From Eledone cirrhosa (taxonomy: Eukaryota), in assembly GCA_964016885.1 (NCBI GenBank), contig OZ024741.1, positions 64,976,001-65,040,000 of the forward strand: a DNA stretch of 64,000 bases. Reading direction: 5' to 3'. Positions 1 through 12,515 of the stretch are shown in pieces. How positions within the stretch are numbered: position 1 is the first letter of the stretch; each line of letters starts with the position of its first letter. The translations under genes were made by a program, and so were the position numbers. A model generated the notes under the pieces. That model saw nothing but the letters and a program-made list of their open reading frames with translations. It was not told the DNA's origin and searched no databases.

Positions 1-849
1 TAAAGACTTAACATACATACATACAAAGAAAAAAAATCCCCATCTGTAATACCTTAGCATGAAGTAATCTAACTTATGGTGCAAGCTCTCACACATTTGT
101 TTTCTTTTCTTCCTTCTCTATTCATCGTCATTTAGTATCCGTCTTCCTACTAGCAAGGCTTGGACAGGTCTACATAACATCACAGACAGAATCAGTACTC
201 AAGTGAAGCTACAGAACTCTAAGATGAGCCAAAGGACTGTATCTTGTCCCCGTTCTCTAATGAATGTTCAAATGGGCTGGGAGCCTGCATCTTGCTTACA
301 TAGATTCCAACACTAGCTCTTTGATACAGCTAAAGATTCCTCCAAACCTTTTGTTTGGTAAGTTTTCTGTGGCTGGATACCCTTCCTATCACCAACCACT
401 TTACAGAGTGTACTGGATATATTGTGTAGACCACAAACATTAAAGAGGTTGTCATGTTTTTGACACAATAGAAGAGTCCTTCCAACCTTTTATTTTTTAG
501 AATTTTCATTGCTTGGTCAAGGATGGATGGCTAGTGCCAATAACCTATTATATTTCAGAGCCACTGAGACTGATGGGAGGAATATATCCTCAAAGAAGAG
601 ATGTGTCTCAAATTCTAGCAACAAAGTTAACTGCTAAAGTCACCCAAGGACCAAGTGATGAACGTTTAACCCAGCAATAGATTAAGTCTCCCACATAGAA
701 AAAAATGTATCCATTTAGCTCTTAAGTAGTCTACATGCTGCATGGAACCATGCAACAATTGTTGAAGGTCTCGTGAATTATTTATTTGATTATTGTTTTT
801 CTCAATAACTATTTGCTATGACCACACACGTATAAATGTATATTATCTC

Positions 850-1040
850 GGTGAATTGGCAGTATCGGTAGAGGGTTGGATGCCATGCTTTGATGCATAG
901 AGTTACGGCCCTTACCATTCTGAGTTCAAATCCCGCCGAGGTTAACTTTGCCTTTCATCCTTACGGGGGTCGATAAAATAAAGTACCAGTAATGTACTGG
1001 GTAATTGCTGGCCTTGTGCCAATAGTAGAAACAATTATCT
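850..1040 (+). mobile_element. tRNA-derived SINE, family A
   Basis: Pol III A-box-like TGGCAGTATCGG and B-box GAGTTCAAATCC, then core GCCTTTCATCCTTACGGGGGTCGATAAAATAAAGTACCAGT; near-identical to copies at 41715 and 43408. Confidence 0.85.
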
Positions 1041-1139
1041 ATTTATCAGTTTGTTTTGATACACACACACACACAGAAGATATATATATATATATATATG
1101 TGTATAATTAGCAGTAGAGGAAGATGCTTCTAGAGCATA

Positions 1140-1660
1140 GTAGCCAGAATAAAGACAGGATGAAAGAAGTTTAGGGAGCTACTACCTCTGTCGACAACAA
1201 AAGGTTTCTTCCTACGAATGAAAGGTTGGCTGTATAATGCCTGTAGGCGAAGTGTGATATTACGCATGGTGGTGAAACATGGGCAATGAACGCAAAGGAA
1301 ATGTTAAGGCTGGAGAGAAATGAAGCAAGCATGCTTCAATGTGTGAGAACAACAAACCATTGATAAACTGAAAGAAAAACTGGGTATCCAAGGACTTAAA
1401 TGTAGTGTGCAAGAGAGGGGACTGCAATGGTATGGACAATAATCGCTAGATGAAGAAGTACCAAGTAATCCCAGTGGAGGGAAGCTGCAGTAGAGGAAGA
1501 TCAAGGAAAACCTGGGAAGAGGTGGTTACAGCTGATCTCAAACCACAGAAGCTTACAGAGGATATGTCACAGGAAATGTGACAAATGGAGAAATGCTGTA
1601 CTGAGAAGGACCCATCCAACCCATGCAAGCATGGAACAGTGGATATGAAATGATAATTAT
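1140..1660 (+). mobile_element. Degenerate RTE-clade LINE 3' fragment
   Basis: Frameshifted homolog of 2427-3022 (KKFRELLPL, GETWAM, GRSRKTWEEVV) ending in the CCCATGCAAGCATGGAA tail. Confidence 0.75.
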
Positions 1661-1799
1661 GTATACATACACATGCAAATATACATACACACCATATATA
1701 CCCATTTATAAGCCATACCAATGAGTATGTCATGCTGGTGTTTTGCATTGCATTTTTCTGGTGCGACTTATAAACAGATATATATATATAAGCAGTCAC

Positions 1800-2113
1800 A
1801 CTAACAGTTGTGTATGAAGGCATATGTAATAAGTTTAAGTTTTAAACTAATATGGCTCACTATGAATATTTTAAGCTGTGATCATGTCACAGCTATCTCA
1901 GTAGCCATGTGAGAATGCTAGGCACTAAGTGTTTCAGGATTTTTATCCATCATCAGTGACATTTACTCACTCAATAGATAAAAATCCTAAAACACGTGTC
2001 TGGTGCTCTCACACAGCTACTGAGAGATAGCGGTGACATGATCACAACTTAAAATATTCATAGTGAAACTTATATATGTTTATTACACATGAATATATCA
2101 TATATGCCTTCAT
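1800..2113. mobile_element. Fold-back PLE-like remnant with degenerate hammerhead motifs
   Basis: Inverted arms about 1858-1906 / 2016-2066 and 1814-1826 / 2099-2113; minus strand CTGATGA-TGGATAAAAATCCT-GAAACAC at 1921-1962; related copy at 46190-46340. Confidence 0.55.
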
Positions 2114-2214
2114 CAGTCATTTGAATGTCAGCATTCATTCCAGCTCTGTGTTCTGAGTTCAAATCCTGCTAATATCAACTCTGCCTTTCATCCTTTCAAG
2201 GTAGATTTTTTGAT

Positions 2215-3400
2215 GGGAAATGGCCATGCTCAGTGTGTAGGAAAGAAGTAGGTAGAAATTCCATTTTATGTCCCAAATGCAAACTATGGGTACATAAAAG
2301 ATGTGGGATCACAGGTAGCTATCTAAGAATGTAGATTTTATATGTGGCCGATGCTCAGGTGCAATAAGTAGCAAGTGCCCATAGGATACTAGCTCCTTCT
2401 ATTGCCCAGATGGTTCTATAGAAATAGTGGACACTTTCCGTTATCTGGGTGACAAAATCACCAGTGGTGGAGGCTGCTCTGAAAGTACAGTAGCCAGAGT
2501 TAGAACGGGATGGAAAAAGTTCAGAGAGCTTATACCGCTGTTGGCCACAAAAAGTTTCTCTTTAAAAATGAAAGGCAGATTGTATGATGCTGTATACGAA
2601 CAGCAATGTTATATGGCAGTGAGACATAAGCATTGTGTGCAGTGGACCTGCGCAGACCGGAAAGGAATGAAGCATGCATGCTCTGTTGGATGTGTAATAG
2701 CAATATACGTGAACGGCAAAACATAAATGAACTAAGTGAGAAATTAGGAATAAGAGGGATCAGATGCTGTTTACTTGAGAGACGACCACGTTGGTATAGA
2801 CACGTGATGCGCATGAAAGACGACAGCTGTATAAAAAAGTGCAGGGCGATCAAAATTGACGGAGTAGGTAGTCCCAGAAAAACCTGGGACGATTTGATAA
2901 ATTCCGACCTTACACACTTGCACCTCTCTAAGACAATGTCACTGGACCGAGATCTTTGGCGCCACGCAGTAATACAGAAGACCCGCCTTGCCTATGTACA
3001 AAGCGAAACCTACAGTCAGTAGGCACCTCTTAACCAAATATACACCCCAATCCACTACCCCTACTCCATCCTCCCACTCCCACCAACACCACTCTTTCTC
3101 TGTAAAGTTATGTTGGTACCACAACATCCAGTCCAAACTAATGAGGTTGTATAGGTGTCACGACAAAAACAAAACAAAAAAACACACAGTCCACGCTGTA
3201 ATGTGGCCATGTAGGTAACACAGTAAAAAGCTCCCAGTCCACACTGTAAATGTGGTTGGTGTTAGGAAGGGCATCCAGCCATAGAAAACCTGCCAGACAG
3301 TCCTATACGAGCGAGACACAGTCACCCGACCAATCTTGCCTCAAGTGGGACAATTCCCGTCTAACCCATGCTAGCATGTAAGATAGACATTAAAATGTAT
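2215..3400 (+). mobile_element. RTE-clade LINE 3' fragment (RT C-terminus pseudogene plus 3' UTR)
   Basis: Overlapping ORFs 2427-2726 (FRYLGDKI..GG.SESTVARVRTGWKKFRELIPLL) and 2633-3022 (RWYRHVMRM, GSPRKTWDDLI) typical of RTE C-termini; tail CCCATGCTAGCATG. Confidence 0.85.
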
Positions 3401-4734
3401 CAGTCCTGTAGTGAGCATGATTATTTCTCTGTATTTTTTCTCACTTCCACTCTATCACTCTTTCTCTCTCCTTCTCTAGAAGAAATTGGCAGTATTCAGA
3501 CACAGAGAGGACTTGAGCTGTGCCAGGTTTTTTTTTTAAATGCCCAAGACACGCTGTATATCAATACAGTGTCCTTATAGGTTCATACATACATATGCCT
3601 TTATACACATTCATATATATATTTAATATGAACACTTTTCAAATTCTCTCCTTAAGAAATGCAACTCACGTTTTTACTTTGTTTAAAATGCAACAAAAAA
3701 TAAGTAAATAATAAAGAGCCATGGAAGCTGTGTAGATAAAACAACAGTTCATTATTTGGTGCTTCAAAATTGTTTAGTAAATAGCAGTGCTGCAGACAGT
3801 ACTGTCCACAACATGTTTCCATAGATACGGTTAAATTTAGTCACTCCTCTATAGCAGCACTAAATAATAATCACAGAAGGATTAAGTCAAAAGGTATAAC
3901 GAGCTTAAAGAGATAAATGCTGTTGGTTTTGTTGTTGTTGTTCAGCCCCTGGTCAGCACTGATAGACCAGATCTCAAAGATATTCCAGACATGCCTATCT
4001 TGTGTGTTTTTTTTTTATTCAGACATGGTACAAGCTAGTCCTTTTTATTAAACCCTTGGACTGCATAAAACTGTATTATGAAGATATTTTTGAAAAGTAC
4101 AAAAGCAGCACTATGACTGCATCACATTAAAATATACTACAATAAACATTTGAGTTAACAAGCCTGTTTTTAGGTATTTTTTACTAAATAATTACAGGAT
4201 GTTAATTATGAACCTTACATATGTGACATTTAGAAAAAATGACTGCATCACATTAAATATTAAAGTCTTTACTCTAATGTTGCAAATTTTCACTACAGTC
4301 TATCCACTAGTAAAGATATGATAAACATTTGAATTAACAAACCTATTTTTAGACATTAGTGTGGATTGAAGAAAATTTGATTGCTATGTCTAGCTGGTTG
4401 AGCAACCATGTAGAGAGTCTGTTGTTTTCTCAAGATCTGAGTATTACTATCAATCAAATGAGATTTATTCAGCTCACCAGAGTTGATACTGTGTTATTTC
4501 TATTGGCTGAACAATTTCAGATGGTTGACATTTATATTATTTGCAATCTTTTCATTATTTTTTTTCCTATGAGACACACAGGCACTTAACTGCAGTAAAA
4601 TGAAGCAAGCCTGGAGGGAATTCATAGATGGTATTGGTTAGGATGTGGTACAAGTAAATGGAAAAACCTAATTTTCAGCATCATGACATTGATGATGATG
4701 ATATTATTATTACTAATAATCATTATTATGATTT

Positions 4735-5260
4735 GTTTTGTTTGCCACAAGAGCAATAAATTAGGGACATTACAAAGAGAAATTGAATTACAAAAGCTGT
4801 GTGGGTTTATGAAGAATCAATTATGAAAACAGTAGGCATTGAAAACAACAGTATTCAAAAAAGGAATGAAATGACATATTTTCCTGCCCTTACTGGGGGA
4901 GGTATCCACTGAACCCTTGAACCCTTACAGTTCCAGGATTACTCAACCAAGAACATGTGGCTTCTCACAGTTGTGTTCATTAACCTACAAATGCTATCAG
5001 ATTTATTGCAGCATGTTTCCGTGTTTTGTATTCTGAGTTTAAATTTCCCCCCATCATCGATCTCGTTGTGGCAGGAAATAGGGACCTTTGGGACCCAGCT
5101 GATGGAGATGTCAGACTAGTGGTGTGCAGAGAGGGTAATAAGGTGTGACAACCTTGGGCATTCTTATAAAGGCAGGTGGTGGGGGCATTCAACCAAAGAT
5201 TCACACAAAGTTCTCCATTCAACATGGCTACTAAGCGCAGCACCCCAGATCTAAATGTTG
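4735..5260 (-). mobile_element. Degenerate L1/Tx1-like 3' fragment
   Basis: 4743-4780 resembles the L1 3' UTR end at 60902-60940; ORF start LRLVAMLNGELCVNL resembles the C-terminus VARMARVNGPSLYISL of the 61-63 kb element. Confidence 0.4.
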
Positions 5261-5774
5261 AAAAATCTATTAACTTGAAATTTGATGCTTAAGTGTGGAC
5301 AAACTTAAGCAATAACATGTATGCTTGTTCATCTACTCTGTTGATTTGAACATCATTTGAGATAATCAATGCATGGCATGAAATGTTTTTTGTTTTTTTT
5401 TACATTTGTACTGTTTATTTGATGTTTCATTTGTTTTTACATATTTAAAATGTCTTCTTTGCTCACATTTTTCAGTATTAGGCCCTATACTTCAGTTTTG
5501 AGGGGCATCCGATCAAGGAGTTGGCAGTGGGCATCACCAAACCTCTGCATGCCACTCTGTCAGACTGTGCCAAGTGTTGATTGGAGCAACATATCAGTTG
5601 TTGCATTAATGGGGGGAAAAAAAAAAGATGAGCGGACACTGCACTGAAGTGAAATAAATGCAAGAACAGAAGAAAAAAAGACAAAAAAAAAGACATATAA
5701 ATAGATAAAAAACTTGTTATATTGTTGTTAGTAGTTAAGTTGACCTTGAAGAAAGCATGCATTTCACTACATAC

Positions 5775-6305
5775 CTGAGTCAAAAGGGGAGGGTGTCTAG
5801 GTGCTTTAGTCCTGGAATCAGAATTAGATCGAGCTCGAAATATATTTATAAACTGTTCAACAGGTGTTGTTGGTCCAGAATTTGGTTTTAACTGACCTAC
5901 CATTTGCTCTTCCAGAATCTGTCCCATTGGTGATAGCGTGTTCGGACTGATACTTAAAGAGTGTACACCGTTCTGCTCAAACGGTGATGGATGTAAGTGT
6001 AGGCTGGCTGACTCATCAGTATCATTATCAATGCTTCCAGTCAAAGGTGGCTTCTTTGGTTTTTTCACTCCAGAAACATCGGATTTTGATCGGGGACGGA
6101 AAGTATCAAAGAAACTTTTAACTTTCGATGAATTTGGCGAGTGACCTTTGCTCTCGTCTCCAGATTTACTTCGATGTCGACTGTCTTTTCTTCCCAAGAA
6201 TATTGGTTTTCGTCCTGTAGATCCAGTGCGATATCGGTACTCTCCATCTAGTTCAGATTCTGGTAAACCATTTTCAAGTAATGGCATAGCAAAGGCACTT
6301 AAATC
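5775..6305 (-). CDS. Host-gene coding exon (177 codons, phase 0/0); resembles the N-terminal extension of long AMP-activated protein kinase gamma (SNF4A-gamma/PRKAG2-like) isoforms
   Basis: Acceptor TTTATTTCAG before 6305, donor CAG|GTATGT after 5775, open complex frame DLSAFAMPLLENG...LLTQ with repeated RxRSxS motifs (RHRSKS, FRPRSKSD, FRARSNSD). Exon is well supported; identity is from recall only. Confidence 0.75.
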
Positions 6306-6949
6306 CTGAAATAAATAAAAATAAAAATTGAGTATGGTGTATATATATAAATATATTTACATATAAAATGCATTGATTAAACAATTTCAAATAAAATTTA
6401 GAAGGATACCCGGCATTTCCTGTGAAATAAAGCACAAAGTTGGCCAATTTGTTAAATGTCAAAGTAATTCTGTCTAAATTGAATTTATTTCAGAGACATT
6501 GTTTGTACATATTTCTTACACTACAAATGGAAATAAGACACCCAAACAACCCATATATACACACATACACATGCACAAACTATATGGTTAAATCTTTTAA
6601 TGTGCTGAAAATGTGAAGGAATGACAGCATAAAACCGGAAGTAATGAAAGTAAATTTCATAATATTTCTAAAAATAAATAAAAGGGTGATGATGAAGATG
6701 ATTTAGCAATTGATATTTTCTTGTTAGATAAGTAGCCCAACACCTCACCAACAGCAATATAATTATACTTATAATTTACAAAAAAAAAAACAGCCCTAAC
6801 GATGAGGGAATCTGTTCACAGTCATTCAACCTTGTAAAAATAGCAAATAAATCATCTTGAAATATCTCTCTACCATACAATCTGCTCCACCCTTCAAAAA
6901 ACAAACAAGAATATATTGTATAGTGCATTTCTTATGAGCATGTAAAGCC

Positions 6950-7125
6950 CCTAGCCCACACTGAAAATGTGGTTGGCATTAGGAAGGGCATCCAGCCGTA
7001 GAAACCTAGCCAGAAATGGTTCTATATGAGCAAGACACGGTCACCTAACCCAACTTGCCTCTAATGGGACAACCCATCTAACTCATGCTAGAGTGGAAAA
7101 TGGATGTTAAAGTTGATGATGATGA
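6950..7125 (+). mobile_element. SINE/RTE shared 3' tail fragment
   Basis: TTAGGAAGGGCATCCAGCCGTAGAAACC...CATGCTAGAGTGGAAAATGGATGTTAAA-(TGA)n; similar tails at about 9150-9310(-), 10055-10240(+), 24060-24235(+), 45175-45332(-). Confidence 0.75.
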
Positions 7126-7401
7126 AGAGATGTAGTAACTAAACTGGAGTTTGAGCAATGGTGTTTAAAACGAACAATAAAAGCAACATTTTTATTTAAA
7201 TATAATAAAATTGGAATGTTAAAGATTCTACTCTCATTTTAGATTGATTAAAAAAAGTGTTGAGAGTTTTGGTTGCATATATAAGATATACTTTCATGTT
7301 GCTCCAATCCACTCAGCAGGAATAAAATGAATTGTACCTGTAATTGAAAGACCAGCCTTGTCACACCCTGTCACACCAAATCTCCCTGAGAACTATGTTA
7401 A

Positions 7402-7609
7402 CCCTTTAGTATTTACATTACTCTATATTTACTATTATATTTTCACAGTAAAGGCTTTACCTCACATAATATTGAATCTATGAACTTTTGATATTATTTA
7501 TTTTGAGAACAATACCTTAATATCAGTAACAACGGCCAGTTACAGCCAGTTTGAACAGAAAGAGGTGAGAGAATTCTGGCCAGATATTGCTGGTTTAAAT
7601 GCTAAAGGG
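7402..7609. mobile_element. piggyBac-type MITE
   Basis: TTAA|CCCTTTAGTATTTA ... TAAATGCTAAAGGG|TTAA: terminal inverted repeats starting CCC with TTAA target duplication. Confidence 0.8.
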
Positions 7610-9665
7610 TTAAAGCAACATCAGTCTGTGGAGTGTTTGGCCACTTGCATGTTAATTTTATGAGCAGATTGAACCATTGGTCAAACAACTAGAATACATG
7701 TCAGAACCAATAAAACCTCAAGTGGGGTGAGAGTGCAATATATATATATATATATATATATATACAGTATATATATATATAGGAGGTAATGGCCACTGCA
7801 GAGTAATATAGAAGCTGCATAATACAATAGCTGTAGCCTTATGATATCTGTCATCCACAAGCCAGTAACTGGTGCAGGTTGGTTGTTGTGCTTTGAAGAA
7901 CATGATCGACTTTTACTTTATGTTTTGTAGGTTATATGTTTGGTGATTGTGGTTGATGTAGGTTTCTAAAAAGAACCTGCTTAAGTTTGTGAATAGCATT
8001 AATTTGATGTAGTTTTGTTTACATTCAATTTATGCCAATTGATGGTCATAGCTATCATGACCATCATCATCAATATCATTATCACCATATAATGTCTATT
8101 TGCCATGCTTGCATGTTTTAGATGGATTGTCATGTTCTGAGGTTAGACCAGTCAAGTGACCATGTCTTGCTCATATGTTCCATTTTGGCTTGGCTTCTAT
8201 GGCTGGATGCTTTTCCTAAGACCAAACACTTTACAGCATTTTATCATAACTCCAGAACTCCCATATTACAGGGTGGATTGGGTGCTTTTTTGTTGTGCCA
8301 CTAGGGTGAACTTGGTGAGCGTATGTGTGTGAATGTGTGTGTACGAAGGGTAAATGGAATATTGCCTTTTTAAGAGTAACTAGAACGCATAATATAATAT
8401 ATCCAATCTTTATTTACAATAGTAGGGTGTGAGATTTGAGGAAAATTTGGTTACTAATTCTAGCAAGGTGAGTGACCCCACAGAGGCTCCCTCACTAGAT
8501 GTCATATATGATGTATATAGTGGTTGAGGTGTGGTAGTTCTAATTAAGGTGCCCATTCCTCTAAATGGGTCTACTTCCATTCAGACTTCAGGTTATGTGC
8601 AGTTATGCCACATACTCTAAGCATGGCCATTTAACTTTTTCATTATCATATTTCTAATGAAAACACACATTTTAAGAATTTACTTATATAACTAACTTCC
8701 TCATTCTTCATGAGGTGTTTAGAGCATAAATTAATAGAGGTTCTTGCATAATATTATGACAGAAGGTTTTGTATAACTGGAACACTTATTGTTGGAACTG
8801 CAAGAGGTCCAACACAATCACACACATATATATATATATATATATAAAGAGAGAGAGAGATAACTACATACATACATCTATATGTCTGGAGATTATATCA
8901 ATATCAAAATATTTTGGCTAACTTATGGAATCTGATCCAATTTGATAATCTGTAAATTTTGATGCCTATCCACTCATATAGCAATGATACTATTTAAGAA
9001 TTCTCAAAAACAATGTGTTTTATGAACTTATATTTCCTTGTTGCTTAGACCAGACCAATCTCAATTGAACAAACCTTTGGGAGAAAAATGTTCTGGCTGT
9101 AACCATCCTACATCTTAGGAATATGTCAAAGTGTATCATCCGCATCGTGGTTAACGTCCACTTTCCACACTAGCATGGATTAGATGGGTTTGTCCCATCA
9201 GAGGCAAGTTGGGTCTGCTCATATAGGACTGTTTCTGGCTAGATTTCTATGACTGGATGCCCTTCCTAATGCCAACCACATTTACAGTGTGTGCTGGGTG
9301 CTTTTTATCATGACACCTACATGACCACTTTATCTCTTATTTATTGCAATCACCATCTCTCCTACATTCACATCTTTAAACTTAGATTTATCTATTTGTC
9401 ACTTCAGACCACCAACTTTTACTGCTATGACAATATTGTCATGGCAATTATATTTTGAAAGAAACAAGTATAGCAAAGAGAACTTATAAAAGTACTTTCA
9501 CATTTCACTATTTTATAACTATTGATTTTTCTAATAAATGTTTATAAGTTATCAAATGTGTTACAGTAATTTTATTAAAGCTTTTTCACTAATTTTTCAT
9601 TTTCTATTCATATTTCTCTATCATATAAGTTTCGATCTTTCATTAAAAGTTATGAACTATACAGT

Positions 9666-9711
<46 letters not shown>

Positions 9712-9712
<1 letters not shown>

Positions 9713-9916
9713 GTTATTCCGGGTTGAATCGGAGGTAACCACAGTAAGTAAGGTACTCAATACATAGTAGAGTATAAAAGTTTTAATATAGATGAGATTC
9801 TACAGGACTAGAACTGTTTCATTCTTTAGAAATCATCAGGAATCTGAGCCAGATTCCTGATGATTTCTAAAGAATGAAACAGTTCTAGTCTTGTAGAATC
9901 TCATCTATATTAAAAC
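9712..9916. mobile_element. Short PLE-derived fold-back element next to (TA)n, carrying two inverted hammerheads
   Basis: Inverted arms 9780-9846 / 9850-9916; same family at 16215-16350, 27618-27745, 28903-28960 and 46465-46650. Confidence 0.7.
9851..9901 (+). ncRNA. Type I hammerhead ribozyme motif (mirror copy on minus strand 9795-9845)
   Basis: AGATTC-CTGATGA-TTTCTAAAGAAT-GAAA-CAG ttctagtc TTG-TA-GAATCT; stem I 6 bp, core intact, weak stem II. Confidence 0.7.
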
Positions 9917-10859
9917 CTATATCACTCTAGTTCACTAGCTTCTATGGAGCGCTTGCCACACATCTCGGAAGTTGTTTTTCCCAAATACGATTCTCGCTAA
10001 TTTATATTTATATATATATATATCATCATCGTCGCCATTTAACATCCATTTTTTCGCGTAAAGTGGTTGTGTAGGCGCCACAGTAAAAAAGCACCCAGTG
10101 CTCACTGTAAATGAGGTTAGTGTTAGGAAGGGCATCCAGCTGTAGAAATCAAGCCCAAATCAGTTCTGTATAAGCAAGACATGGTCACCGGCCTGGCATT
10201 GCCCAGAACAGGACAACCCAAGAATAGATGTAAAACGGTGAGATATATATATATATATATATAAAGGAAATATATATTTTACATATTGATGGCAAATTGG
10301 CAGAGTTGTTAGAACATCAGATAGAATGTTTTGTGATATTCATTATGGCTCTCTGAGTTCAAATCATGTCATGGTCAACTTTATCTTTCATCCTTCCAAA
10401 GTGATAAAAAAAAAGTACCAGTCCAATACTGGGGTGACTTCTTTCACTGTATCTCTTTCTCATTTCCTCTCTCTATCACTATCTCTCTCTTTCTCTGAAA
10501 GAAATTGGCTATATTCAGGCCTGGGGATGGAATGGGCTCCACCAGGTTTAAATTCCCCAAAGGTATTTGCTATAAGTGTATTGCTCCAATCAGACATTCA
10601 TAATTCTCCGACAAAAATGATTAAATTTTCCGTCAAATCTTGGGGGGAGGGGGAGTTGTAACCCCCACATCCTCCCAGCAATATGCCACTGGGCATACAT
10701 CACAATAGCACTCCTATGAACCCCATCAGAAGTTACAGATTCATTTATACATATATTACATAAACTATGAGAAAAACCACCCGAGTCAGTATTTCTCAGT
10801 TTATGCATTATGTTATTTTGGGGAGGAGTGTTTGATTTTCATTGAACCTAATACTTAAA

Positions 10860-11215
10860 TAATTGTTTCTGATTTAGGCACAAGGCTAGCAATTTTGGGG
10901 GAGGGGAAAGTCGATTAAATTGACCCCAGTAGGTGACTGGTACTTTATTTTATCAACTCATAATGATGAAAAGCAAAGCTAACCTCGGCGAGATTTGAAC
11001 TCAGAACGTAAAGGGCCAGTACTCCATGCTGCAAAACATGGTGTCTGACGCTCTACGATACTGCCAATCCACTGTCCTAATACTGAAATAATGGTTTCTG
11101 ATTTACACACAAAGCCTGCAATTTTGGAGGAGAGGAAATCAACCCCAGTGCATGACTGGTACTTTATTTTATCGACCCCATAAGGATGAAAGGCAAAGCT
11201 AACTTCGACATATTT
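10860..11215 (-). mobile_element. Tandem family A SINE copies
   Basis: Reverse complement of SINE core (ACTGGTACTTTATTTTATC...GATGAAAGGCAAAG..GATTTGAACTCAG) twice; further copies at about 10290-10440(+), 22905-23110(+), 24815-24975(+), 31275-31485(-), 35175-35305(+). Confidence 0.75.
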
Positions 11216-12321
11216 TATTGAGCTAGGGTTACGACAGTCAGAGAAAATGCAGGCACCCCACCCCCAAAAAAAATATTTATCATCCATCCAGGTGAAGGAT
11301 AGAATAACTTTGATATATGTATGATACAGAACATATGAAAGATAAAAACAGGATTTCCAAATGTTTTCTGTCTACAAAGCCGATGGTTTCTCTATCTTTG
11401 TGTTAGAAAAGTCTTACAGAAAAATGGTTGCAAGGTTGAACAAAATGGGTGGGTCAGCTTACACTTTACCAAAGAAAAATTGTGAATGTGTATGAGTGAG
11501 TGTGTGTATGCATGTGTATGTTTGTGTGTGTGTATGTGTACATGCAGGTGTGTGTGTGTGTGTGTGTATACATGTACACATAGACACACACACTACTTGA
11601 AGCTTTCAAGTATACTGGTTGATCTACTTGAGAGAATGTCAGCAAGCAAGATAGGTAAACATGCTTACAGGAATAAGAAATGAATCTAGATATGTTTAAG
11701 GGGAAGATAAGCAAACAAATCATAGAAAAGTAAACATATCTTCATATAAACATATCTTCATATATATATATATAAATACATACATATTTCTTTGTATATA
11801 TATATCACACATTTTTATACATAATATACACATTTATATATACATATAATATATACACACATGCGCGTGTGTGTGTGCTTGTTTATAAGTGAAAGAAAAG
11901 AGCATACAATATATTGTGTAGTTTTAAATATGTAGGCATAGACATTGGTATGTGGGTGTGTGTGTGTGTGCAACACATACACAGAGACACACAAACACAC
12001 TCATATATACACACATATTTACTTCACTGATGAACAATGAAATCCATTTTGAAGCAATAATAGTTCTTATGTTGCAAAGAATTCCTGAGAATCCTTGACC
12101 GATATTTAGTTAGGATTTTAGATTAATGGAATGACGGTGATTTGACGGATTAGATGGTGGTGGTGGTGGTGTTGTTGTTGGTGGTAGTGGTAATGTTACT
12201 GGTGTCAGTGATGGTAGTTGTGTTGTTGTTGGCCATGGTGTCGTTGTTGATGGTGGTGGTAGTGTTACTGGTGTCAGTGATGGTGGAGGAGGGGTGGATG
12301 TTATGAGTGATTCTCAGTTAA

Positions 12322-12515
12322 CCCTTTAGCATTTAAACTGTCCATATCCAGCCAGAATTCTTTCATCTCTTTCTGTTCAAACTGGCTGTAACTAGCTGCT
12401 CATACTGATGTTAAGGTATTGTTTTCAAAATAAATAATATCAAAATCTCATAGATTCGATATTATGAGATAATTATGTGAGGTAAAGCCTTTACCATGAA
12501 AATACAATAGTATTT
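12322..12515. mobile_element. Truncated copy of the piggyBac-type MITE
   Basis: TTAA|CCCTTTAGCATTTAAAC and internal sequence matching the reverse complement of 7440-7609. Confidence 0.7.

Noticed and set aside
5478-5774. C-terminal part of the 269-aa ORF as coding
   Set aside because: Lies beyond a strong splice donor and becomes T-rich low-complexity intron sequence
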